NCBI GenBank assembly: GCA_016618085.1
Contig: JABLTG010000200.1
Coordinates: forward strand, 1-32,216
Source: Neovahlkampfia damariscottae
Taxonomy: Eukaryota
Length of the DNA stretch: 32,216 nt
Reading direction: 5' to 3'
The notes under the pieces are model-generated. The model made no database searches, was not told where the DNA came from, and was given only the letters and a program-made list of their open reading frames with translations. Numbering within the stretch: position 1 is the first letter of the stretch; the number at the start of each line of letters is the position of its first letter. This document shows, piece after piece, positions 22,301 to 32,216 of the stretch. Both the position numbers and the translations under genes were made by a program.

Positions 22301-23477
22301 TCATTTAAATCATTCCAGAGGTCTTCTGCTGTTGGATAAATTACATTATCAGTTGGTTCATCAACTGTTTTTTTTTTTTGTTTTTTTCTGATAATTTTTT
22401 CAATTCCTTCCATGGGATAATTAGGTGGCTTTCAAAAATATTTAAAAAAAAAATGAAAGTTACTTTAGAGATTGAAACACCTAACAAATTTTGAAATTGT
22501 GCAGCGTGTGGAGGAACTGTTGGTAAACTGAAACAGACTAAAGACCATCGTAACATAGCTTCTTCATATTCCTCAAAAGTTAAATAAAATTCTGGTTTTG
22601 GTTCAATAGGTATCAACTGTGAATCCCATGTTTCAACATAATTTTTTCGAGTTAAAATAAATCTAAAATTAGTCAATAAAAAGGTTTTTTTTTTTTACTC
22701 TTCTTCTTTTTCATCATTTTCTTTTGTTTGTACTTGAGGTCGATAATATTTCCTTCCCATAATTTTTGGTAATTGGATATAACCTAATTGTTCTTCTACT
22801 TTTTCAGACCATAACAAAAGAGCTTTTTCAAATTGTTCATAAGATGTAAAATTAATAGCTTCTGGTGGATTTTGATATAATTCTGGAAAATGAGTGAATT
22901 CTTTTTTAAATTCTATTGATTCTTCATTTTTAACTTTTTCTCCAACCATGGTGGTTATTTTACCTCTTTGAAGGTTTAAAAGGTTTTCATCCAAAGATAT
23001 TGGGATATAATTTATGTCATATAAACGTCCTGCTGGATCTGAAAAAACAGGATGACGTCCAACAAAAGAATCAAATTCAATTTCTTTTTTTTTTGAAACT
23101 TCATCCAACTCTTCCAAGTAATTTGGTATTATAGTACCTGAATACTGTTGATTTCCAAAAGCTATAAATTTTCTGTTTTTATATCCCAAGTCATAGTCTA
23201 AAACTTCTTCTTTTGAGTCATCAAGATATTCTCTGCATCTTGAATAAAATAACAACCTACATTTTGCTCGCATCTCAGAATCTTCTATGGTTGATTTTAA
23301 TTTATTTTCAAAAATTTTTCCTTTGTCTTGTAAAATTTGTTCCAATTCCGACGTTTCAAGTTCTTTTAAATTATATGAAGACAAATCAACTTTTGAGAGT
23401 TGTAATATCAACTCTTCTTTATTGTTCATGTCTATTAAATTTTTGTGTTGATTTTTCATAAATTGCCATGAAGCCAT
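19344..23477 (-). CDS. Large helical scaffold protein, possibly ScaA (Sca1 complex)-like; 7 exons (introns 22663-22698, 22429-22463, 22155-22198, 21728-21763, 21227-21267, 20781-20819)
   Basis: Six GT-AG introns join all the minus-strand ORFs in frame. DYDLGYKN, SDPAGRLYD and a duplicated P.P..F..YE..E.A...WS motif recall Dictyostelium ScaA (from memory, unverified). Confidence 0.65.
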
Positions 23478-23668
23478 GGTACAAGAAAAGATGAAACAGT
23501 ATGATTGGTGGAAAATTGAACCAATAACTCCATTTCTTGTTATATTCCCAAGAAATTGAACTCTACATTTCAAATGAAATACAAGAATGATCAAAGGAAA
23601 ATTCGTTAAATTTGGTGTTTTGTGTTGACCAATAATATCATTCAATCAAAACCAACACATCCATTGAA

Positions 23669-25330
23669 ATGAGTGTAAGATGCAACATCTTTTTTTAAAA
23701 AATTTAGTCAGAAAAATTTAGAACAGAAATAGATTCTATGGGAGAAATAAAAGTTCCTTCTGACAAATATTGGGTTCGGAGAAAAAAAACTAACTTTTTT
23801 GAAAGGGTGCTCAAACACAAAGATCATTTGAAAATTTCAAAATTGGAGGAACATCAGAAAGAATGCCTTTGCATTTAATTCACTGTTTTGGAATTTTAAA
23901 AAAATGCTGTGCGTTGGTTTGAAAAAAAAAAATTAAAAACTGTATTTTCAGGTCAATATTGAGAGCGGATTGAAAAAAGAAAAAGCAGAAGCTATTGTAG
24001 TTGCATCACAAGAAGTTATTGATGGTAAATTAGATGATCATTTTCCACTTGTTGTTTGGTATTTTTTTTTTTTTTTAACAAGCTTTTTTTTTGTTGAAGG
24101 CAAACAGGATCAGGTAATTTTTTTTTTTACTTTTAAAGTTTTTGCAAAAAGGAACTCAAAGTAACATGAACTGTAATGAAGTTATTTCAAATCGAGCATC
24201 TGAAATACTTGGAGGTGAATTAGGAAAAAAATTAGTTCATCCAAATGATGATGTTAATAAAGGACAATCTTCAAATGATACATTTCCTACTGCTATGCAT
24301 ATTGCTGCTGCTACTTTTATCAATTCAGAATTATTACCTTCCATGTTTAAATTACGTGATGCTTTAAAAAAGAAACAAGATGAATGGGAGAAAATAATTA
24401 AAATTGGACGTACTCATACACAAGACGCAGTTCCTTTGACATTAGGTCAAGAATTTAGTGCTTATGTTGCTCAAATTGAATATGGTATCAAAAGAGTTGA
24501 AGATGCTTTGCCAGGTAAGCAGTTTTCAAAACGTATTTAACATTTTCTTGTAGATTTATATCTCTTGGCTATTGGAGGTACAGCTGTTGGAACTGGATTG
24601 AACACAATTGAAGGTTTTGCTGAAGACGTTGCTGCTGTGATTGCCAAAGAAACAGGTTTACCATTTTCAACTGCTCCAAATAAATTTGAAGCTTTAGCTT
24701 CACAAGATGCATGTGTAAGATTTATATTTTTAATTCTCTCTCAAAAAAAAGGTCCACATGTCTGGAGCTTTGAACACTATTGCTTGTTCATTTATGAAAA
24801 TTGCTAATGACATTAGATTTTTAGGTTCAGGACCTAGATGTGGATTATTTGAATTAGAATTACCTCAAAATGAACCTGGTTCTTCAATTATGCCTGGAAA
24901 AGTTAATCCAACTCAATGTGAAGCGGCTACAATGGTTTGTGCTCAAGTGATGGGAAATCATGTCGCAATTTCAGTTGGAGGTAGTAATGGTCATTTTCAA
25001 TTGAATGTCTTTAAACCTTTGATTATTTCAAATCTATTACAATCAGCAAAATTACTATCAGATTCAATGCACTCATTCACAGAGCACTGTATTGTAGGAA
25101 TCAAACCAAATCTTGAAAAAATTGAAGAATATCTTCAATCATCTTTAATGTTAGTCACCGCTTTGAATCCTTATATTGGTTATGACAAAGCTGCAAAAAC
25201 AGCAAAACTTGCATATGAAAAAAATACTACATTAAAAGAAGCATGTGTTGAACTGGGATTTCTTACAAATGAAGAATTCGAAAAATATGTTAAACCTGAA
25301 GATATGATTCATCCAAAAAAAAAAGAATAA
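23669..25330 (+). CDS. FUM1: Class II fumarate hydratase; 8 exons (introns 23675-23707, 23774-23805, 23917-23951, 24059-24099, 24114-24151, 24515-24553, 24715-24751)
   Basis: Spliced product [31 protein letters not shown]...VVWQTGSGTQSNMN...HPNDDVN...GRTHTQDA...[15 protein letters not shown]. Confidence 0.95.
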
Positions 25331-25472
25331 ATTTTTTTCGGAAAATTAAGTTTCTATTTGAAAATTAACATTTCCCATGAGAAATGAATAGAAATTTGAT
25401 ACTCGGAGAATTTGAGTCAATCATCAAAAATAAAAATGATTGGTTCCGACAGTCCAATCAAAACTGATCGGG

Positions 25473-28400
25473 ATGAAAAATTCGTTGAGAATCACAAACA
25501 AGATCAATTCTTTGAAGTACTCACCAAAGTTAGGTTCAAAGAACTTTTCTTATGTAAAAGATACCACTGTTGATTCAAAACCATTTTCTTTACATTCCAC
25601 ACAAAGAAGAAATTTTTATAACACTTTCAAACTCTTTTCTGAAGCTCAGTCAATTGAAAAAAAAGTTGAAGAAGTTAAAGTAGAAAAAAAAGAAGAAGTG
25701 AAAATACCTGAAGGAATCCCACACAGCGAACTCACAGTTGGAATTCCAAAAGAAACTTTTGAAAACGAAAGAAGAGTCTCACAAACTCCAGAATCCGTTG
25801 AAAAATTGGTAAAATCAGGATTCAGTGTTTTAGTTGAATCTGGTGCCGGATCTGAAGCTAAATTTTCAGATGAAGACTACAAAAGAGTTGGAGCAAAAAT
25901 AGTTGATAAAAAACAAGCTTTTCAAGCTGATTTAGTGCTCAAAGTCAGACCACCTATTCCAGAAAAAGGTGAAATTGATCTATTCAAAGAAGGTTCAACA
26001 CTCATCAGTTTTCTTTTTCCAGCACAAAATGAATCATTGGTTGAATCACTTTCAAAAAAGAATCTTTCAGTTTTTGCGATGGATAAAATTCCACGTATTA
26101 GTAGAGCTCAAGTTTTTGATGCTTTAAGTTCAATGGCAAATATTGCTGGTTATAAAGCGGTAGTTGAAGCAGCCAATCAATTTGGACGATTTTTTGCTGG
26201 ACAAATAACAGCTGCAGGAAGAGTAAATCCAGCAAAAGTTCTTGTAATTGGAGGGGGTGTTGCTGGTTTATCAGCTATTGCAACAGCTAAAAGTCTCGGA
26301 GCTATTGTTCGTGGTTTTGATACAAGACCATCTGTCAGAGAACAAGTACAAAGTTTTGGAGCTGAATTCTTGGAAGTAAAAGGTGTTGAACTTGAAGAAG
26401 GTACAGGAGGTTATGCAAAAGAAATGTCAAAAGAATTTATTGAAGCAGAAATGAAACTTTTTGCGGATCAGTGTAAAGAAGTTGACATTGGTAAAATTCA
26501 AAAAAATTAACTTTTAGTGATCACAACTGCTTTAATTCCTGGATTACCAGCACCTAAATTAATAACAAAAGATATGGTTGAATCAATGAAAGCTGGTTCA
26601 GTTATTGTTGATTTGGCTTCTGAAGCAGGAGGTAATTGTGAATTGACAAAACCAAATGGACTTCATATTCATAAAGAAGTGAAGATTATTGGATACACAG
26701 ATTTACCAAGTAGGTTACCAACTCAATCAAGTTATTTATACGCAAATAATGTTTCTAAATTTTTATTGACAATTGGTGAAAAAGGATATTACAACGTTGA
26801 CTTAAAAGACGATGTGGTCAGAGGTTCACTTATTGTACATGATGGTGAAATATTACCACCACATATTGTTGCTACAGCAGCTGCTACTCTACCAAAAGCT
26901 GAAAAACATAAAAAAAAAGAAGTTGAAGAAGCTCCTGATTCAAGATTCAAAGCAGCAATGTCAAATGCCATTCTCACAGGTTTGTTTTTATTTTTTAATA
27001 TTTTTCAAAAGGTGCTGGTTTTTCTGCTTTATATGGACTTGGTTATGTTTCACCAGATCCTGCATTTGCTCAAATGGTTACCACATTTGGTTTATCGGGT
27101 ATTATTGGATACCAAGTTGTTTGGGGTGTAACACCTTCTTTACATTCACCTTTAATGGCTGTTACAAATGCTATTTCTGGAATTATTGTAGCTGGTGGTT
27201 TACTTTTAATGGGAGGAGGGGCTTTTCCTGGTAATTTTTCTCAATTTTTGGGAACTTTAGCTGTTTTTATTTCTTCTATCAATATTTCTGGTGGATTTTT
27301 AATCACCAAAAGAATGCTTGATATGTTTAAAAGACCAACTGATCCAGTTGAATATAATACAATGTATCTTGTACCAGCAGGTGCTATTTCTGCAATTTAT
27401 CTCGCAGCACTTCGATCAGGTGCAGATATTGAACATATTACTCAAATGATGTATTTAATTTCATCAATTAGTTGTATTTTATCTTTAAGTGGACTTTCTA
27501 CGCAAGGAACAGCTAGACTTGGAAATGTTTTTGGAATGATTGGAGTTGGAACTGGTATCGTTGCAACATTAGGTCATATCAATCCAAATTATTCATTATT
27601 GATGCAAATGCTAACAGCAATGGGAGCTGGAGGTTCAATTGGAGCTGTTATTTCATCAAGAGTTGCTATAACAGAACTTCCTCAACTTGTTGCTGCATTT
27701 CATAGTTTTGTTGGTCTCGCTGCTTGTTTATCATCATTTGCTTCATATTTTTCAGAATTTGATCATCTTCATTCACTCACCTCAGCTGGTGTTCCATTAT
27801 CATCAATTTCTCTTGGAGCATTTATTGGAGGTGTTACATTCACTGGTTCACTAGTTGCTTTTGGAAAACTTCAAGGAACATTATCATCAGATCCAATGAA
27901 TTTACCACAAAAAAATATGTACAATATTCTTATGGGTCTTGGGTCATTAGGTTCAATGGCTTTATTTGTTTCAAATCCAAGCTTTGGTTTAGGTTTATTA
28001 TGTTTAACTACCACAACTGGTCTTTCATTTGGACTTGGCGCTCATATGACAGCATCAATTGGTGGTGCAGATATGCCTGTTGTAATTACTGTTCTAAATA
28101 GTTATTCTGGATGGGCACTTTGCTTTGAAGGATTCATGTTAAATAATAATCTCTTGACAATTGTAGGTGCTTTAGTTGGTTCTTCAGGGGCTATTTTATC
28201 TTATATCATGTGCAAAGCAATGAATAGATCATTACCAAATGTTATTTTTGGTGGTTATGGAACTTCAGCCACAGGAACTGGAGAAAAAATGAAAATTACA
28301 GGAACACATACAGAATGGAATGTTGATCAATCTGTTGATGCAATTGTAAAATCAAAAAGTATTATCATTGTCCCAGGATATGGATTAGCGGTTGCTAAAG

Positions 28401-28843
28401 CTCAATATGCTATTGCTGAAATGACAAAGCAACTTATTGCCAGCGGAATTGATGTTAAATTTGCCATTCATCCAGTTGCCGGAAGAATGCCTGGTCAATT
28501 AAATGTATTATTAGCTGAGGCTGGAATTCCTTATGATATTGTATTTGAAATGGATGAAATTAATGAAGATTTCGAAAAAACAGATTTAGTTCTTGTTATT
28601 GGAGCTAATGACACAGTCAACTCAGCAGCTATTGAAGATCCAAATTCAGTGATTGCAGGAATGCCTGTATTAGAAGTTTGGGAAGCAAAACAATGTATTG
28701 TAATGAAAAGAACAATGGGTACTGGTTATGCAAATGTTGATAATCCAGTATTTTTTAAAGAAAATTGTTCAATGTTATTGGGAGATGCAAAAACATCATG
28801 TGAAGCTTTGAGAAATAAAATTACAGAAACCCTTAAACAATAA
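25473..28843 (+). CDS. NNT: Mitochondrial NAD(P) transhydrogenase, single-chain alpha-beta order (introns 26491-26517, 26980-27011)
   Basis: [53 protein letters not shown] and GANDTVN, with a presequence-like N-terminus. Confidence 0.95.
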
Positions 28844-28851
28844 ATGTTTTT

Positions 28852-29469
28852 TCAATTTTTAGTTAATTCCTTTCCAAGGTCTGAACATTTTTCATATTGA
28901 TTCCAAAATTCTTCTTCAGATTTTGGTTCAAAATTTTCTAAATTATTTTTCCAGCATAGTTGAAAAGAATCAACTTTTGATTTTTCTTTTTCAAAAATTT
29001 TTCCACAACAAGTTAGGTATTCTTTTAAATTTTCACGACATTTTTGACCTACTTTTTCATTTGAAAACAAAAGAAAATTATCACATTGACGATAACGAAG
29101 TGAAAACTATTTGTTAAAAAATTTTTTTTTTCAAACTTTTCCGCAATTTGAAATTAATTTTTTGTTTTTTTCTTCAATTTTATATTGAAAATTAACTTGT
29201 TCTGTTGACTTGACAATTGAGTGATGAATTTGTAAACGAAGTTGAGGATCCAAAACTTCTGATGTCATAAAATCTGCTATACAATAGGACTGTTTATGTA
29301 ATTCATTTTTACAATCATTTATATCAAGTTTCTCTTGTAGACAATCATAAAACTTTCCAATAACATCAAAACAGTGAATTTGAGAGTTTTTCACCAGATC
29401 CATTTTTATTGCAGAATTTGTCCAATAAGAACAAAAACCAAAAATCAAACCTAATTTCCAATCAAACAT
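28852..29469 (-). CDS. CHCH-type protein with four CX9C motifs (intron 29107-29136)
   Basis: CFDVIGKFYDC, CKNELHKQSYC, CGKFSLRYRQC (formed only after splicing) and CRENLKEYLTC. Confidence 0.7.
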
Positions 29470-30072
29470 GTCGTCTGATCAAGACAAAAAACAAATTCTT
29501 GACTTGTCAAACTTAGCAGAAAGAAACTTTTAGTACAAACTGCTATGCCAAAAAATATGCCGAAAAACAAATTGTATTCGTTAATTATGAATTGAGAGCG
29601 AAATTGGTCAAACACATCTTTTCAACTAACAACTCGGGATAAGTCCTTTCTCAGCCTACAGCAACTTTTTCTTCCGCAAAAAAAATTTTAGCAACATAAA
29701 AGTGACCAAAAGAAGCATTTTTAGACGGGGTACTTTTTTGACAGTCAAATAAGGTTGTTTGAAGCTTTTACTTTTTTGTGTGATTCAGCCAATCCAAAGA
29801 TATTCATCAAAAAAGATTTACTTTTTCGTCCTCATCAATTTCTTCTTGTTTGACAGACCAATCAAATTGATTCTTCAGAAATTGGAGTTGGTGGCGATGA
29901 TGTCAATTTGTGATGCTGAATTTTCTTTTCTACTTTAACGGTTGAGAATGATTCATTGTTTTCACTACTGTTAGGAAAAAAAAAAAAAAAATTGTTAACA
30001 AACCCAGATGGAATGTCACCTGGTATGAAGTGTTTCTTTCTAAAAAGATATTTTCAGAATGTTTAATTAATT

Positions 30073-30585
30073 TTAAGATGTTTTTGGGAAAGGTTTAGTT
30101 TTAGTGTCTTTAAAAAAGATTATAAGTAGTTCCAAAATTAAAAAATAAGGTTTTATTAAATTCAAAGTTATCATCATCAGATTCACTACTTTCAGGATCC
30201 ACATCATATATAGAAGTTCTTTTTTTGATGAACTAAAAATGTCACTACTTCTTTTCTTCCAGCTTAAAATTGTTTTAATCAATTGTTGTTTATTTCCAGT
30301 TCTTTTATATCCTTTGTATAAACAGTATTGATGAAGAAACTTTGTTGAATATTTTTCAAGAATTTCATGTTTTTTTGTCTTTGAGAGTCTCTTTGGATTC
30401 CAAATGGTGACCAATACTTTCTTTCCATCAATTTCAATATCTCTTTTCATTGATTTTCTCAGTTTGGTTTGCTTTTGAACAGAGCCGTGCATTATACTTT
30501 GGTTAAATTGTATTGTTTCATCTTGACATTTGATTGGTGCACATAAAGATACTTTATTTATCCCGAGTTGTTGGTGATTTTTCAT
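30073..30585 (-). pseudogene. SAP-domain-like ORF, probably frameshifted or decayed
   Basis: FLHQYCLYKGYKRTGNKQQLIKTIL fits the SAP pattern. Coding-like sequence continues in another frame (RTSIYDVDPESSESDDD), and an intron-like segment lies at 29968-30003. Confidence 0.45.
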
Positions 30586-31770
30586 TTTGTTCTTCTATTT
30601 GTTTCTTTAGTTTTTTTACTCTTTCTTCTCTCATTCTGTCCTTTCTTTGTCGTGTTTCCATTTTATTATAAATTGATAATTTGAAATATTCTTCAACTGA
30701 TTTTGGAATGTATCTCAAATACGCTTTTGAAGCTACCAATTATTTGTGAGCTCCCATTGGTCAATTTCCATTTAGTTCCTCATTTGGAATCCCTTTGCAT
30801 ATTCTTCTATTTCTTTGTATATTGTCATCGTTTCATGTTTTTTCATGTAATGTTCCCTTCGTCTATTTCTTCCCTTCCTACTACTCTGCAATCCAAGCAT
30901 TGTTCCATTTCTTCATCTTTCATGTAAATGCTTAATAATGCTCCTGTTGGTAGTGTGCATGTTCTGAGTTTAAACATAAATCGTTGTTGTGCTCTTGATA
31001 GTGTTTTCGCAATATTATTGTATGCACTATCTATTTTTGCTGGTCTGTATTTCCATTTTTCTATAATTTTGTATCTATTATGCTTCTAACAAGTTCATTT
31101 ATATTATTTTCAATATCTATTCCTTCGTGATTGAGTTTGTGTAATTCACTTTTATTGTTTATGATTGGATAGTTGTTTTTGTCCAACTCTGTGCTTTCTT
31201 TTGCAAGTTTATCTGCTTTTTCATTTCCTTCTATTCCTATATGTGCTTTTACCCAAATTAATTCAATTTTTTCTGTTCCTTTTTTTTGTACTACTGAATT
31301 TATTTGTTGTGCTACATCACTACAGGTGATTTGATGTCTGTCTAAATTTTTGACGTTTTTTTTGAAAATATTTTTTTCAATAAAATTTATGGTTCCCAAA
31401 GAATCAGAATGAATTTTTATTTTTTGTTCAATTTTTGGTATTTGTATTGCTCTTAGAATTGCTATCATTTCTGCTCTATCATTATTTTGTGATCCATTTA
31501 TTCTCGCTTTTTCTTCGAATTCTATTTCTGGAATATATACTCCATATCCTGCTTTTTTATTTTTTCCTGGACTACTGCTGATCCATCTGAATATATTTCA
31601 AGGTATTCTTTTCTTGATTTGATATTTTCATCATTTATTGTTCCATTGAATTTTGATTGGTTTATTTCATTGTTTCCAAATATATACTATGATGGATTTT
31701 TATTGTCTTTTAGTATTTCTTTTGCTATATTCCAATCTTTTTGTTTCACATATTTTAGTTTTTTAATGGC
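30573..31770 (-). mobile_element. Decayed 3' portion of a non-LTR retrotransposon (RNase H plus zf-RVT-like region)
   Basis: Across frameshifts: EIYSDGSA...KAGYGVYI...QNNDRAEMIAILRA...IHSDS...WVKAHIGIEGNEKADKLAK, then QRFMFKLRTCTLPTG...CLDC. Several stops and frameshifts; no RT core. Boundaries are approximate. Confidence 0.75.
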
Positions 31771-31977
31771 ATTGAAGGGTTGCAACTTGGTATGTGCAGT
31801 TGAACAAACGCACGTCCGAGAGAGAATGCAAACTTGAAGGTTCAAATTGTAAAATGGCAAAGTAAATTAAAAGGTTCAATTTATATCAATATATTTTTTT
31901 TCGGAATTTGATGTCTTCTGATAGAATTTTCGATGCAGGCATATTTTTGGCATAATGTATGGGATGGGGTATTTTTT

Positions 31978-32100
31978 GGCATAACTGTTTCTACCGCTAT
32001 CTTAAAACTGACTTTTCCGTTCATTCTGATTAATCAGACCAGACATTAAAATCAAGGTTTCTTTCGGGATAGGACCGTCGCCAGCAGTACTGGCAGTTTT
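31978..32100 (-). ncRNA. Putative Fanzor omegaRNA (scaffold ~32100-31994, guide from ~31993)
   Basis: Overlaps the 3' end of the Fanzor ORF. AAAACTG/CAGTTTT enclosing stem, GCCAG-N5-CTGGC hairpin, TCTGATTAATCAGA palindrome, and CTATC/GATAG pseudoknot-like pairing just before a GG end. Confidence 0.55.
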
Positions 32101-32216
32101 TGGATTTCCAATAAAATTTTGTATATTCATCAGAAATATATTTCTTGCTCCATTATAATCTCTTGGAAGAGAAAAATTACAATATTTACAATTGAAATAA
32201 TCTTTTTTTCCAAGTT
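32002..32216 (-). CDS. Fanzor2 / IS607-type TnpB RNA-guided nuclease, C-terminal fragment (5'-partial)
   Basis: Hand translation: LGKKDYFNCKYCNFSLPRDYNGARNIFLMN...QF*. This shows the second zinc-finger CxxC followed by the RuvC-III RDxNGARNI motif. Confidence 0.85.
   Translation of the reverse strand, partial: LGKKDYFNCKYCNFSLPRDYNGARNIFLMNIQNFIGNPKTASTAGDGPIPKETLILMSGLINQNERKSQF

Larger units (their letters stand above)
29536..31991. mobile_element. Candidate TA-flanked element with 22-bp imperfect terminal inverted repeats (Tc1/mariner-like geometry, non-autonomous)
   Basis: Left end CAAACTGCTATGCCAAAAAATA (29536-29557) versus right-end reverse complement GAAACAGTTATGCCAAAAAATA (31991-31970), 19/22 identical. 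TA at 29534-29535 and 31992-31993. No transposase seen. Confidence 0.5.

Noticed and set aside
25440..28843. Separate bacterial-style pntA/pntB genes
   Set aside because: Two short GT-AG introns join the ORFs into one NNT.
23669..29469. Fumarase-NNT-CX9C as a functional mitochondrial gene cluster
   Set aside because: Three neighbours in a gene-dense genome can be chance, and the fumarase lacks an evident presequence.
29976..29991. A16 run as the LINE poly(A) tail
   Set aside because: It is on the wrong strand for a minus-strand LINE and sits within an intron-like GT...CTAACAG segment (30003-29968).
2015..31837. Numerous short antisense or overlapping ORFs (e.g. 2015, 2252, 5785, 8220, 10539, 20176, 26789, 30703, 31619)
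   Set aside because: They are shadows of real genes on the opposite strand or in another frame, with non-ATG starts and no motifs.

Overview
This is AT-rich eukaryotic (protist) DNA, read with the standard genetic code, with many tiny GT-AG introns (27-44 nt). The gene content is heterolobosean/amoeboid-like, which is an inference. The left 7.5 kb is the end of a Polinton/Maverick-like endogenous DNA virus. It carries an rve integrase running off the edge, a small ORF, a frameshift-split OTU-like/pPolB/SF1-helicase/HNH gene, and an intronless cargo gene fusing a caspase/CHAT-like His-Cys domain to an intact ComEC-type metallo-beta-lactamase that resembles the N-terminus of animal MAP1/Futsch. 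The element ends in a Polinton-type terminus (5'-AGTAGTAG on the minus strand, at 7505) that cuts a host adenylate cyclase gene. The middle is compact host sequence: Rpp30, a PMR1/SPCA Ca2+-ATPase, a BTB protein, a 2-TM protein, a VOC protein, a PRX-like/RGS/pseudokinase protein, a ScaA-like scaffold, fumarase, NNT and a four-CX9C protein. The right 2.7 kb is a nest of mobile DNA. A TA-flanked block bounded by 22-bp inverted repeats holds a SAP ORF and a decayed RNase H-type non-LTR retrotransposon. Directly abutting it is the 3' end of a Fanzor2/IS607-TnpB gene (absent from the ORF track) with a structured omegaRNA-like tail whose predicted guide is the neighbouring inverted repeat. All homology calls come from motif recognition only; no searches were run.
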